A stretch of DNA of 55,620 nucleotides from a virus (IMGVR_UViG_3300009512_002372:1-55620), one strand, 5' to 3'; shown: positions 1-10,600, counted from the first letter of the stretch. Translations and numbers: made by a program. The notes: generated by a model from the sequence alone, not told the origin.

Positions 1-217
1 CCGGAGCTATACTAGATGACACTACTGCTGGTCACATCCACATAGCGAGCAGCACTGGCTCAATTGATTTCACTACGTTAGGTGGCTGGACTGCGACTGA
101 TAGTGTCGGCACGTTTTCTCTTAAACTTGCAGCAAATTTACCCCTCGTATCTTATACCGGACCCGGAGTTCCAACTACTATTGGCATACAAATTGGATCG
201 ACAGCGGGGACTGTCGC
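1..217 (+). repeat. Imperfect terminal direct repeat, copy 1 (matches 55404-55620)
   Basis: First 67 bp identical; about 17 mismatches over 217 bp by manual alignment. Confidence 0.95.
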
Positions 218-1169
218 GGCAGGTGATGACGGTCGGTTTGATACGGTAGACATTTCGGATTTGCCTGCGGCGACAGCTTTAACGGGTCTTGAGCTGCTCT
301 CAGGACTACAAGACCTTGATACAGTAAGCATGACAACTGACCAGATTAGTGGAACTCCAGTGACGACAGCTATGGGATTAGGGTTAAGTCACATGCAAGG
401 GTTTAGTGATTTTAGCAACACTGTTCATCCCCTTGATTTAACAACTAACAACAGCTTGTGGGGCAATGACCCCTACTTTATTAGGTTAGGTGGCGCGGCG
501 GCGTTGGTAAGACAAGGCACTACTGATGTATTCTCAAAATTCTTTCAACCTTCTGCTATAATAACCTCGGGTCCATCTAACCCCTCTGGTTACTCAGCAA
601 TTTGTAGCACACAACGTGGAATAGTATTGGGTGGTCCTACAAGCACATTACCACTACACTCTTTTGACACGCAGTTCTCAATGGATGGCCCAGGAATAGG
701 GACATCCACGCTCATTAAATCTCACAAAATACGCGCAGGTTTTTTTGACGTAGCTTTTAACGCGGTAGCTCCAGCGAACGGCATGTACTTTGAACTCAAC
801 GCTGACGGCAATAATCTAAAGTGGCAAGCGTGTGTTGCCTTAACGCCTTATGGTGGCGGTACGAATACAGTAGACACTGTGGATACTGGTATCACGGCAG
901 CAGACAATACACTATATGTTTTGCGTGTTTTCTACAATGCGGCTCAACTCAAGACAGAGTTTTTTATAAATAACGTTCTAGTAGCAACGTTCTTGGATTT
1001 CGGTGCGAGTCCGGCGGCCGGGAGCACGGTGTTATCTCAAGCTCGCCCTTACTTTTCAATCCTCTCAATGGAGGCTCAGATTTTAAAAGGAAGCGATAAT
1101 AACGACTGTCAAGTACGGGTCTATCACCATAAATTCTCGCTTGAAAAATTGAAATTGGAGCATTATTAA
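3..1169 (+). CDS. Tail fibre/receptor-binding protein, C-terminal part (5'-partial; open from the window start, not from 261)
   Basis: Frame is open from base 3 (GAILDDTTAGHIH...). Contains the tail-fibre motif GSTAGTVAAGDDGRF and a beta-rich lectin-like C-terminus. Continues the ORF that starts at 54710. Confidence 0.8.
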   Translation, partial: GAILDDTTAGHIHIASSTGSIDFTTLGGWTATDSVGTFSLKLAANLPLVSYTGPGVPTTIGIQIGSTAGTVAAGDDGRFDTVDISDLPAATALTGLELLSGLQDLDTVSMTTDQISGTPVTTAMGLGLSHMQGFSDFSNTVHPLDLTTNNSLWGNDPYFIRLGGAAALVRQGTTDVFSKFFQPSAIITSGPSNPSGYSAICSTQRGIVLGGPTSTLPLHSFDTQFSMDGPGIGTSTLIKSHKIRAGFFDVAFNAVAPANGMYFELNADGNNLKWQACVALTPYGGGTNTVDTVDTGITAADNTLYVLRVFYNAAQLKTEFFINNVLVATFLDFGASPAAGSTVLSQARPYFSILSMEAQILKGSDNNDCQVRVYHHKFSLEKLKLEHY

Positions 1170-2339
1170 ATGACAAGCATATCATTACCTCTACCCCGAA
1201 TTGAAATAGTCGGAAAGGAGTTTAGAAGGCTTGGTACTCGATGGAAAGGTTGGGGCGCTCAACAGATATCCCACAGTTTCATTGAAGACTTCTTTGCCTC
1301 TACCGATATGAATGACGCTATTCACACCGCTATGAAAAATACTTTTAGTGGCGATCATGCGTGGGGCAATAATGTTATTCGTCTTAGACTTCAGCTATGG
1401 ACTATGCTAGACGTAAATAGCCCAAACGAAAACACTTTAAGTATAAACACCACGGCAATGTCCAATTTAGTTTTCTTCTTAGATTTGGCTAGAAAGAACA
1501 ATATGTATGTTCTCCTTTGCGGTTGTGAGAACAGGCGGATTTCCACAGGATACATTCCAGCTTGGTACTTGGCTGACAGTTTTGGAAACGCTGACCCCAA
1601 AGATAGGTGGGATGTACAAGCGTTCTTTTTCACGGAAGTTGCCAAAACGGTTGTCGCTTCTAATAATTCATCAACAATAATAGGTTACGACCTAATAAAC
1701 GAGCCTATAATTTCAGCAAGTGCTACTGCGGGGTGGTTTGGAAACAATTGGCTTGGCGGTATTGATTATCTTACAACCGTAATCGCTAGAGGGCAGACAG
1801 GTGCTACAGCACAAGCCACAGCAGTAACTTGGATGACTCAACTTAGGGACGCGATTAAAACTCAAGACCCTAAAGCACTGGTCACTGTAGGCGCTCTTCC
1901 ATACGGGGGTGCAGCGCAACCTTTTGGAGTTCCGAATAGCGAGCTTGTTTTAGATTTCTTATCCCCGCACCTGTACCCCTTTGGACCGGGTTTTTCTGAC
2001 CCATCAAGTTCTGAACAACAGGCTCTAGATCGTTTAAACGAATGGGGGACTCCCGCCACTACCCCTGTTCTAATTGGAGAAGTCATTCCTTGGTCGTCTG
2101 AGACAATTAACGACACTTTCTTTGCTCGCATAAATCAAATAATAACGGGTGGGGTTATAAGTTTTTCAATGGGATATGGGCCAGATGCTTTTCCGCCAGA
2201 CAATTATTTTCCTAAAAAATTCCCCGCTTCTAACGTGGATTCAAATGTAGGAGGTACGGCATGGTTCTATTCGTTGTACACTAAAGGTCAGTACATAGCT
2301 ATGGCTGGGTATCGGCCTAGCTATTTAAGCGCCCCATGA
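1170..2339 (+). CDS. Glycoside hydrolase, clan GH-A (GH5/cellulase-like)
   Basis: Motifs NVIRL, IIGYDLINEP (acid/base Glu), DFLSPHLYP and PVLIGE (nucleophile Glu). Confidence 0.8.
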   Translation: MTSISLPLPRIEIVGKEFRRLGTRWKGWGAQQISHSFIEDFFASTDMNDAIHTAMKNTFSGDHAWGNNVIRLRLQLWTMLDVNSPNENTLSINTTAMSNLVFFLDLARKNNMYVLLCGCENRRISTGYIPAWYLADSFGNADPKDRWDVQAFFFTEVAKTVVASNNSSTIIGYDLINEPIISASATAGWFGNNWLGGIDYLTTVIARGQTGATAQATAVTWMTQLRDAIKTQDPKALVTVGALPYGGAAQPFGVPNSELVLDFLSPHLYPFGPGFSDPSSSEQQALDRLNEWGTPATTPVLIGEVIPWSSETINDTFFARINQIITGGVISFSMGYGPDAFPPDNYFPKKFPASNVDSNVGGTAWFYSLYTKGQYIAMAGYRPSYLSAP

Positions 2340-2366
2340 ACATTACAACAAAGCTAGGAGAAATCA

Positions 2367-2612
2367 ATGGAAGTGTTTGCAATCAAAGCGTGGGAGATTA
2401 CGGTTGCGTGGTTGAAGAAACTCCTCGCCGTTGCCAGTCAGGCCGTCAATGCGTTGCTGCTAAACGGTAGAACAAATCAAACAGTTAGCTCCCGCGCGCA
2501 CAGCCAGAGTGATGGCAGCAAAGCGTGGCGCATCGCAGAGCGAGTGCTGAATTTAGTGTTTTGGTTTGACAAAGACCACTGCGCTAATAGCTTTCGGAAA
2601 GAGAGCGATTAG
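2367..2612 (+). CDS. Conserved phage hypothetical protein
   Basis: AGGAG RBS; NALLLNGRTNQTVSSRA...VFWFDKDHC pattern, recalled from small phage proteins near lysis genes. Confidence 0.7.
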   Translation: MEVFAIKAWEITVAWLKKLLAVASQAVNALLLNGRTNQTVSSRAHSQSDGSKAWRIAERVLNLVFWFDKDHCANSFRKESD

Positions 2613-2614
2613 TT

Positions 2615-2869
2615 ATGCAAGAGCGCAGAACGAATGACGACATCGAAGCGATCATTAAACGCGCCGCGAAAGCCGCAGCGAAAGAGGCGCTTAGAGACGT
2701 CGGACTTAGTGATGATAACGCTATCCATGACATGAAAGAGCTAAGGGATTTGCTAGATACATGGAGAGAAGTCCGCAAATCTGTTGTTCATACAGTTGTT
2801 AAGATCATAACTGTGGCAGTCCTTGGCGCGCTTGTAGCAGGCGTCTGGGTTAAGAACTGGGGTCAGTAA
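2615..2869 (+). CDS. DUF6127-like membrane protein (possible holin/antiholin)
   Basis: AAKEALRDVGL...DMKELRDLLDTWR followed by a C-terminal TM helix. Confidence 0.65.
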   Translation: MQERRTNDDIEAIIKRAAKAAAKEALRDVGLSDDNAIHDMKELRDLLDTWREVRKSVVHTVVKIITVAVLGALVAGVWVKNWGQ

Positions 2870-3261
2870 TGATAGGCGTTGTAGATTTAATCGCGGGGAT
2901 TTTTAAGCCAGCGGCAGAGCTAATAGATGAGCTGCACACATCCGAGGATGAAAGGCTAGCAGCTAAAGGCCACTTGCTCGATGTGCAAGCTGCGGCGATG
3001 CAAAGAGTTTTTGACTACGAAAAGTCTACTCTTGAGTCGCAGGCCCAGATCGTAAATAGCGAAGCCAGTAGTGTTCACTGGTTAACAGCAACATGGCGGC
3101 CAATAACAATGTTGGTCATGCTAACACTGGTCGTTGGCGATGCCATGATGTGGCTTCCAAATCCACTCTCTGAAGATGCCTTTATGCTTTTACAAATTGG
3201 CTTGGGCGGGTATGTAGTTGGCAGAAGTGCAGAGAAAATCGTAGGCGTTATTAAGAAATGA
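2869..3261 (+). CDS. Holin (GTA holin 3TM family)
   Basis: HWLTATWRP...LLQIGLGGYVVGRSAEK signature with hydrophobic helices. Confidence 0.8.
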   Translation: MIGVVDLIAGIFKPAAELIDELHTSEDERLAAKGHLLDVQAAAMQRVFDYEKSTLESQAQIVNSEASSVHWLTATWRPITMLVMLTLVVGDAMMWLPNPLSEDAFMLLQIGLGGYVVGRSAEKIVGVIKK

Positions 3262-3286
3262 TATTTAAAGGTAGAGGTTAACAGCA

Positions 3287-4714
3287 ATGGTCTACAACCC
3301 AAATCAAGCGACGCAAGCGACTCAAAGGCAGCGTCAAGCGATGCAAGCGATGCAACCGATGCAACCGACGCAAGCGACTCAAGGGCAGCGCCAATCGCGG
3401 CCGATGAGCAATACCACGGCCACAAAGCCTACGGGCGTTCAGGGTCAAGTGTATAGGCCCAACGCCGCGCCAACCCAATTACCCCTGCGACAAAATATGG
3501 GAGGCGGCCCTAACAGCGGTCTTATGGCTCAAGCTACAAACTCTGCGGCCCCCGGCTTAATAAGCCGCAGCCAACCTACGATGGCGGGTCAACCGGGCCA
3601 AGCCCAGCAAGGCCAAGCTCCTGCCCAACCCGCCGCAAACCGCTCGGTCGTGATAGCGCCGCCTGCGCCGCCTGCGGCTACTCCTACTATGGGTTTTGAT
3701 GCAGGCACTATGACAGTAGAAGGTCGTCTCCAAGGCTTGATGGCATCCGATAACCCGCTGATGCAGCAGGCGCGACTACAGGCGCAACGAGAGTCTGCGG
3801 CTAGGGGATTGCAGAACAGCTCTCTGGCCGTGCAGTCAGGACAGCAAGCCGCTTACGCGAGCATGATGCCCATAGCGTCGCAGGACGCCACTACTGTTTA
3901 CGACAGCGAGAAGACAGAATATGGCACTCGCGCTGACAGCGCCTTGATGAATCAAGACTACCTAAACAGTCGCGGCCTCGCGCAGCAAGGCTTCGGTTAC
4001 GACTCAAGACTGATGGATAAGGACATCGAAGGGAAGAGATCAATACAGCTTGACCGTTTTGGGCAGGAGACTAGCCTTCAAGAAGGGGACTTCGCTGGTA
4101 GGACGAACTTGCAAGACGATCAGCAAGCGGCAAACGTAGCCAGAGACGCTACGAAGTTCACGTCTGACACCAGCCTACAGGCGCAGGGCATTACAGGGCA
4201 GAAAGAGTTACAAAGCACCCAGATAATCTCTAATGAGCAGATAGCCTCCGACCGCAATGCAACGGCAATCAAAACTACGCAGATCGGCGCAAGCGCCCAG
4301 ATTGCTTCCGCGAATATCAGCGCAAGTGCGGCAGTAAGAGTCGCTTCATCGAACAACGCAGCAGCAGCCGCGAGGCAGAAAACACAGATTCAAGGTCAGG
4401 TGATGATTAACGCTCAAAATCAGTCATACGCCCAGAGCAATATGGCTAAAGAATTTACGAACAATCAGACGCTTCAGACTGAACGCATAAACGCTGACAC
4501 AGACAAATACCAGATGAGTCTTGACAGCCAACATCAGCTCTCCTACGCAGGCGGTATTACCAACCTCCAACTCGGAGTGCAGCAAGAACACTCGGCAATA
4601 GCGCAGAACCCTGAGATGAATACGACGCAGAAAGAGGCAGCACATAAAGCCATCACCGAGCGCTTCGGGACGGACTCAGCGTTACAAGCCTCTATATACG
4701 GGTTTGGGAGTTAG
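3287..4714 (+). CDS. Internal virion/DNA-ejection protein (Gln/Ala-rich)
   Basis: GAGG RBS; low-complexity Q/A/S sequence; position in the podoviral ejection module. Confidence 0.6.
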   Translation: MVYNPNQATQATQRQRQAMQAMQPMQPTQATQGQRQSRPMSNTTATKPTGVQGQVYRPNAAPTQLPLRQNMGGGPNSGLMAQATNSAAPGLISRSQPTMAGQPGQAQQGQAPAQPAANRSVVIAPPAPPAATPTMGFDAGTMTVEGRLQGLMASDNPLMQQARLQAQRESAARGLQNSSLAVQSGQQAAYASMMPIASQDATTVYDSEKTEYGTRADSALMNQDYLNSRGLAQQGFGYDSRLMDKDIEGKRSIQLDRFGQETSLQEGDFAGRTNLQDDQQAANVARDATKFTSDTSLQAQGITGQKELQSTQIISNEQIASDRNATAIKTTQIGASAQIASANISASAAVRVASSNNAAAAARQKTQIQGQVMINAQNQSYAQSNMAKEFTNNQTLQTERINADTDKYQMSLDSQHQLSYAGGITNLQLGVQQEHSAIAQNPEMNTTQKEAAHKAITERFGTDSALQASIYGFGS

Positions 4715-5157
4715 TGATTAGACAAGGCCGTCTGGAAGACATACAGCCCATCTTCGAGATAGGGCAGTGGTATCTCGATCAAATCCACGACGGCTACAAA
4801 ATCGACTGGAAGCAAGGCCCGAAAGACTTACGCTTTCTGATTAACTCTAAACAGGCCCGAGTGCTAGTGGCCGAGGTTGACGGAAAGGTTGTAGGTGCTT
4901 TGATAGGACAGGTGGTCAAGCAGGCATTTGTCGATATTCGATACGCCACTGATCTGGCTTTTATTGTTAAGCCGGGACACCCCATACAAGCGGTGATGCT
5001 GGCGCGGCACTTTATTCACTGGGCGCGTAAGCAGCCTAACGTCAAAGAAGTCACCCTGCAAATTTCAAGCGGGCTTAGAAACAACGAGCGCGTAGCGCGC
5101 ATGTACGAAAAACTGGGCATGAAAAACATGGGTGCTTGTTTCACCCTCAATTTTTAG
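4714..5157 (+). CDS. GNAT-family N-acetyltransferase
   Basis: MIRQGRLEDI...VLVAEVDGKVVG...RMYEKLG fold signature; GTG start overlaps the upstream stop. Confidence 0.8.
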   Translation: MIRQGRLEDIQPIFEIGQWYLDQIHDGYKIDWKQGPKDLRFLINSKQARVLVAEVDGKVVGALIGQVVKQAFVDIRYATDLAFIVKPGHPIQAVMLARHFIHWARKQPNVKEVTLQISSGLRNNERVARMYEKLGMKNMGACFTLNF

Positions 5158-5173
5158 AAGAAGGGACATAGCC

Positions 5174-6067
5174 ATGTCAAAGATGTTAAAAAAGGTTTTT
5201 AAAAAGGTCAAGAAAGTCGTCAAGAAAGTCACTAAATTTGTGAAGAAATACTGGAAAGAAATCATCCTTGTCGCGGCTATCGTATTCACTGCGGGGGCGG
5301 CTCTCGGATATATCGGCGTAGGCGCTGGGGGAGGCTTAACGTTCGGGGCTGGGATGGGCGTGGGAGGTATGACGGGTGTCACCAGCGCGTATGGCGCACT
5401 AGGCTCTACAGTAGCAGGCGCGATGGGTTTTGAAACTACGGCGACAGGTGCGATGACGGCTAAGAGTGCGGCTGTGCAGGGGCTTGGAACAGGCGGTATG
5501 GCAACTTCAAGCGCGGGCGTGGCCGCCAACGTGGGAGGGTCTACTCTAGCCGCCCAGACTGCAAACGTGGCAGCATTGACAAAAGCAGGAGCCATCCCCG
5601 TAGCGGGGGCGCAGACCTTGCCCGCAGTTGCGGCAGCAGGAATACCGTCAGCCGCTGCCCCCGCCGTAAGCGGCTTAGGAATGAGTACCGCTGGGGTAGC
5701 CGCTGGTGCGGCTCAAGTGCCTGCCGCCGCAGTGCCACTGGCAACATCGGTAGCACCGGGGTCGGCCGCGTTGACTGCGGGCAATGCCATGCAACTGGGC
5801 AGCGTAGGACTGACGGGTTACAGCCAGTATGCGCAAGGCGCAGCCGCCGATGCGGCCGAGCAAGAAGCCGATGATCGGCAAGCCGCGAGGTGGGACTGGA
5901 ACTACGGAGACACTGACTACACTGCTGGCGATCCCGTTCCGATGTCTGAGATTGGATACCAACCTTCTCAGGGACTGCTACAGAGGCAGGAAGCGGGGCC
6001 ATACGACTACAACCCGGCTTCTCAACCATCCACGCTAGACGACGTCGCCGCCGCGCGATACGCATAG
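5174..6067 (+). CDS. Ejection/pilot-like protein with Lys-rich N-terminus and Gly/Ala-rich membrane segments
   Basis: ATG at 5174 after AAGGGA; MSKMLKKVFKKVKKVVKKV, then a TM helix and G/A-rich region. Confidence 0.65.
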   Translation: MSKMLKKVFKKVKKVVKKVTKFVKKYWKEIILVAAIVFTAGAALGYIGVGAGGGLTFGAGMGVGGMTGVTSAYGALGSTVAGAMGFETTATGAMTAKSAAVQGLGTGGMATSSAGVAANVGGSTLAAQTANVAALTKAGAIPVAGAQTLPAVAAAGIPSAAAPAVSGLGMSTAGVAAGAAQVPAAAVPLATSVAPGSAALTAGNAMQLGSVGLTGYSQYAQGAAADAAEQEADDRQAARWDWNYGDTDYTAGDPVPMSEIGYQPSQGLLQRQEAGPYDYNPASQPSTLDDVAAARYA

Positions 6068-6077
6068 GAGTAAGACG

Positions 6078-6761
6078 ATGAAAGAAGGTCTATTACAGCC
6101 GCCGCAAGGGCAGTCTGCTGGCCCTGCACCTCAAGCCGAGGGCGCTGCTCCCGCGGGTGGCGACGTCGAAATGCCAGAGGAAGAGACGCTAAACTTGGAA
6201 AACCCCGACCAAGCATCGGAAGAGGAGCAAGACGCCTACGATGCGATGATGGGAGAGTTTTTCGGTTTGATTCATTCCAAGAAGATGAAAAAGAAAATCG
6301 GGGATAAACTCAAAGAAGGCAAGGACAACCCCGGTAAGACTATAGGCCAGCTTGCCACGACGATGTTCATCGTGACAGAGGAAAAGCTGGAACACAAAGG
6401 GGTTGGAATTTCTGACGCGACTCGCTTTGAAGCGGGGGAAGACTTGGTCACCGAGTTGGTACAAGTCGCAGTGCTGATGGGTGTTATCCCCGATGAAGAC
6501 GAGCCGATTGGTCTAGCGATTACAGCGGCGATTGACGTCTTCGCTTCGGCTTATGGCAAGCGAATGAAGGACGAAGGCAAGATGTCTGCCAATCAACTCG
6601 AACAGGTCAAAGGCGATATGCCTATGTTGGCAGACCAAGCGAACTCGATGTTCAACAACCCAGAGAACATGCCGTCGCAGCAGAGCGCGATGTCGCAAGG
6701 TGTTCAGCAGGCTGGACAGCAGATGGCCCCGCAAGGCGGACTTCTTGGAGGTAGCCAGTAA
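6078..6761 (+). CDS. Hypothetical virion protein
   Basis: AGGAG RBS, 227 aa, operon context. Confidence 0.65.
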   Translation: MKEGLLQPPQGQSAGPAPQAEGAAPAGGDVEMPEEETLNLENPDQASEEEQDAYDAMMGEFFGLIHSKKMKKKIGDKLKEGKDNPGKTIGQLATTMFIVTEEKLEHKGVGISDATRFEAGEDLVTELVQVAVLMGVIPDEDEPIGLAITAAIDVFASAYGKRMKDEGKMSANQLEQVKGDMPMLADQANSMFNNPENMPSQQSAMSQGVQQAGQQMAPQGGLLGGSQ

Positions 6762-7630
6762 TGAGTAAGACAGGATGGGCAAACGCCGTAGGATCAATCG
6801 GCCAAGGGCTGCTGATATTCGGAGCTAACCGCGAGAAGCTCAACTATGAGAGAGACCGCGACGAACACATGCGGGAGCTTGAGCGGCAGCAAATGAAGGA
6901 TACCGCACAATTCCGCAAAGATACGTTAGGTAATCAAGCGGCAGGGTTAGTTATCGAACAAACGAAAGCAAACACCGCAGGCGACGTTGCGAGGGCCAGT
7001 ATAGCTGAAGCTCAAGCAAACCGTGCAAATGCAGTGGCAGAGGGCAAAATGGATGAGCAAACCTATTTAATGACCTCACGGGAAAACGGATTTGTACCTG
7101 ATGCAGACGGGGTGATGCAGTTTGACAAAGAGGCGTGGGACGCGGGGTTAGCACGGAGAACGGAAGACTATAAAGCTGAGGCCAATAGATTCACTCCGAG
7201 GCAACAGAACACGGTAGGCGCGCTTCAAGAGATAACAGCCGCACGATGGGATGAAGCCGAGGGTAAATCACCTGAGTTTTTACTTCCCGGCACGGGTGAG
7301 GGGACAGATAAACCCGCTGAATACATGACTAGAACCCAAGCCCAATATGTGACAATGACTCAGTATGCAACGATGTCAAAAAGCCCCGGCGGCGAAAAGA
7401 TGGCGCTTGATGTACTAAATAGAGAGTTAACTTCGGCGATTTCTTTGTATAAAACAATGATGGGCGGCCCAGAGAAAAAAGATTTGTATAATCAAATCCT
7501 GTCGCTACGGGACGTGCTGTCAGGCTTGCGAGGGGGAACCCCACAGTATAATAGTGGAGACACCAGTATTGACCCCGCAGCGGCTTTCTCTGGTGGCAGT
7601 AATAGCATGAACGGGCAGATGGGGCGGTGA
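6761..7630 (+). CDS. Internal virion protein (hypothetical)
   Basis: GGAGG RBS, translationally coupled, 289 aa. Confidence 0.65.
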   Translation: MSKTGWANAVGSIGQGLLIFGANREKLNYERDRDEHMRELERQQMKDTAQFRKDTLGNQAAGLVIEQTKANTAGDVARASIAEAQANRANAVAEGKMDEQTYLMTSRENGFVPDADGVMQFDKEAWDAGLARRTEDYKAEANRFTPRQQNTVGALQEITAARWDEAEGKSPEFLLPGTGEGTDKPAEYMTRTQAQYVTMTQYATMSKSPGGEKMALDVLNRELTSAISLYKTMMGGPEKKDLYNQILSLRDVLSGLRGGTPQYNSGDTSIDPAAAFSGGSNSMNGQMGR

Positions 7631-10600
7631 TAACCCCACGCGCAATGATCGCGCTTGATGCGCGCTACGGCAGTCGCCCGGTTGAGGAACTTGCTGAGTT
7701 CACCTACAACACGTTCTACCCTGACTACGATAAGGAGACGTTCACCAACGATTTCCTATCGTCACAAGGGCCGGGCCTGACAGCCGAGGATTTTTATAGA
7801 CTCGATGAACGGTATAAATCTCGTCCCAGTACAGAGCTGTTTGACTTTGTTAAAGACTCTGTATTTGACAAGATGGACGCCGAGCAAGAGGCTACTGCGC
7901 GCGCTATTTTTACAGGCGAGGCGCAGGAACGCACTTGGGCTGAAGCTGGAAGCGATACCGTAAGAGGTTTAGCAGGCGGCTCGAACAGGATGGTTGCAGG
8001 CGTAACGGGCTTAGGCGCATTGGCGGGTGTTCCCGGCGCGATGGGCGTTACTGAGACGCTTGAAGGGTACGCAGATCGTTATGACGAGGGCAAGTCTCAA
8101 GGTCTTTTGCAGAAACAAGCCATTGCTGCTGACAACCGCGAGCGCAGAGAAGCAGAAGGCATGGGGGCGGTTGCGCGTTTAGGTGCTGCCGCTGGCGATT
8201 ATCTTTCAGACCCTGCACTGCTAATGGATCAAAGTGCTACTAGCGCGGCTTACTTAGTCCCCGGCGTAGGCTATGCCAAAGCAGGCCAGATGCTCGGTCG
8301 AGGCGCTCAGGCAGCAGGACTGACTTCTAAGACACGGGCGGTGGCGGAAGGCACAGGTGCGGCGCTTGCAACCCAGATCGGCGGCGGCGTCATGGAAGGC
8401 GCTGACGCGGCATCCTCAGCGCGTCAGGAAGTCAAAGGCATGGAACACGAGCAGTTGCTTGAGACGTCTGAAATGTACCGCAATCTTGTAAGCGATAACG
8501 TCAGTCCGACTATTGCGCGTGAGATGGTTGCGTTGAGCGCGTCCCGAAAAGCCTTCGGCGTTACTGCTGCCGTCTCAACAGCAGCAGGAAAACTTACTTC
8601 TAAATTTGAAGCTGACATTTTGCTGGGCAGGGGAAACACGTTCGGCCTTGGGTCAGTCGCAGCCGTGGGTAAGGAAGGGCTTGAAGAGATATTTGATGAA
8701 GGCGGTAACGCTTTAGGTGTCAACGTCGGTATAAAAACAAGCGCGGACGACACACGCGCACTAGGGCAGGGTGTCCCCGAAGCCGCGGGCATGGGTCTGA
8801 CAGGCGGCTTGACACAAGGCGCAGCGTTTAAAGCTGTTGACCTTGTTGGTGCAAACTTGTCAGGGGAGTTACCTGAAAGAAGACAAGCCAACGACATACT
8901 TAAACGCGCTAGATCGGGTAACTCCGTAAGCCCGGCAGAGGTAGAGTTAGCTCTGCTTAGGTTCCCCGGATTAGAACGCGAGCAGTTCGAGGCGTCGCAG
9001 CAAGAGTGGGAACGCAACGCCCTGTTAGAAGGCATGAGTCCCGAAGAGGTTGCTGCCGAGATTGCCGGGCTAGACATCGACACTACTTACGGCATAGAAG
9101 ACGAAGGGTCTCCCCTGCCTTTCGATCCCGGAGTAGTTGACCTCGATGGCGCGATCGACTCCCTTGATACGGGTAGGTTCATTACCAATGTTGAAGTTTA
9201 CGACGCGATGATAGCGGCGGCTGAGGCGCAAGGGCGGGAGCTGCGGCTCGAAGAACAGTTGTTTGCCGATCAAGTGATGTCAAGTGCGCTTTACGAGAAT
9301 CTAGTAAAAGAATCTCAGAGTCGAACGCTTGCGCCGGACGAAGTCCTGTTTGTCGAGGCGTTTAGGGAGCAGACTGCGCAACTCACCAGCCCCTCGTCTC
9401 CGTATGCGTTTCAGGGTGCGGGCCAGCAAGTTGAAGGGGGAGTAAACTACCCCGCCCCCGTTGGCTTAGAGCGAGAGGGTACAGGTTCAAATCTGTCTGC
9501 TGCGCTGGACGGCCTAGCTGCAAGGAATGAAATTCAGGCTCCTCCCGGTTCAATCCCACTGGACGACGCCCAAACAGGGCTGTTTGGAGGTGAAGACCAA
9601 GACCAAGGTCAGGGACAGGAGCCTACTCCCGAAGGCGCGCCAAACTTGCAACCGCGTGACCGGGGGCGTGAGGCTAGCGTTGCTCAGATGGCTGAGATAG
9701 TCAAAGACCTGAACTACGGACGCCTTGGCACGGGCGCAGGGGCTGACGAAGCGGCCCCAATGGTCAGTGTGAAAGGCGACTTGCCTACAATCGCAGAAGA
9801 GAATCAAGGTTCATCGGATACGGTATACCTGAACGGTAAGGCTGTTGAAGTGGTTTACGCTGTTGTTGAGGCTGATGAGATTGTAGCCTCTAATGATGCG
9901 TCTGGTAAGGCTAACCCTGCGTATGATGCCCCGGCCGAGGGCCAAGTAGTGGCGCTGCAAAATGGCCGCACTGCTGCTCTGCAAAGCTCCTATGAAAATC
10001 AAACCGAGAAAGTAGCGCAGTACCGCACCGACCTAGAAGGCGACACGCGGCACGGCGTCAACCCTGACGTTATTAAAGGGATGAAGAACCCGGTATTGGT
10101 TCGTGTCTACAAGGACACCGACAACTACAGCGGCATTGGTTCAGATTCAAACGCGCGGGGCAGCTTAGGTCAGTCTGCGTCAGAGACAGCTACCAATGAT
10201 GCCGCGTCAGTCAACCTTGGGAAACTTGTCGTCAACGAAGACGGCAGCACGTCCCTTACTTCTTCAAGCAACCAAGGCTTTGCTGCCGAGTTTTTCGCTG
10301 GGATACCCGCTAACGAGCGGGCGCAGTATCAAACTGCGGATGGCAGTTATGCGCCTGCTTTTTGGGAGAGGCTTCAGTCTGCGGTGTTTGCGGCAGCCTA
10401 CGGCGATTCTAATCTAGTTACACTGACAACAGAAGCCACTGACCAAGAGGGCATGGGAGCAATAGTCTCAGCCCTGAATAAAGCGGCGGCCGATATGGCT
10501 GCCCTTAACGGCGCGGAGGGTGGGTACGACATCCGGCCTGCGGTCGTCGAGGCGGCACTGATCGTAAAGCAGGCCAAATCAAAAGGGATGACTGTTGAGC

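Noticed and set aside
1-217. Diversity-generating retroelement TR/VR pair
   Set aside because: Mismatches between the copies are not adenine-specific, and no reverse transcriptase is encoded in the window
261-263. TTG start of the 302-aa ORF
   Set aside because: The frame is open to the window start and continues the tail-fibre sequence, so this start is an artefact of the contig edge
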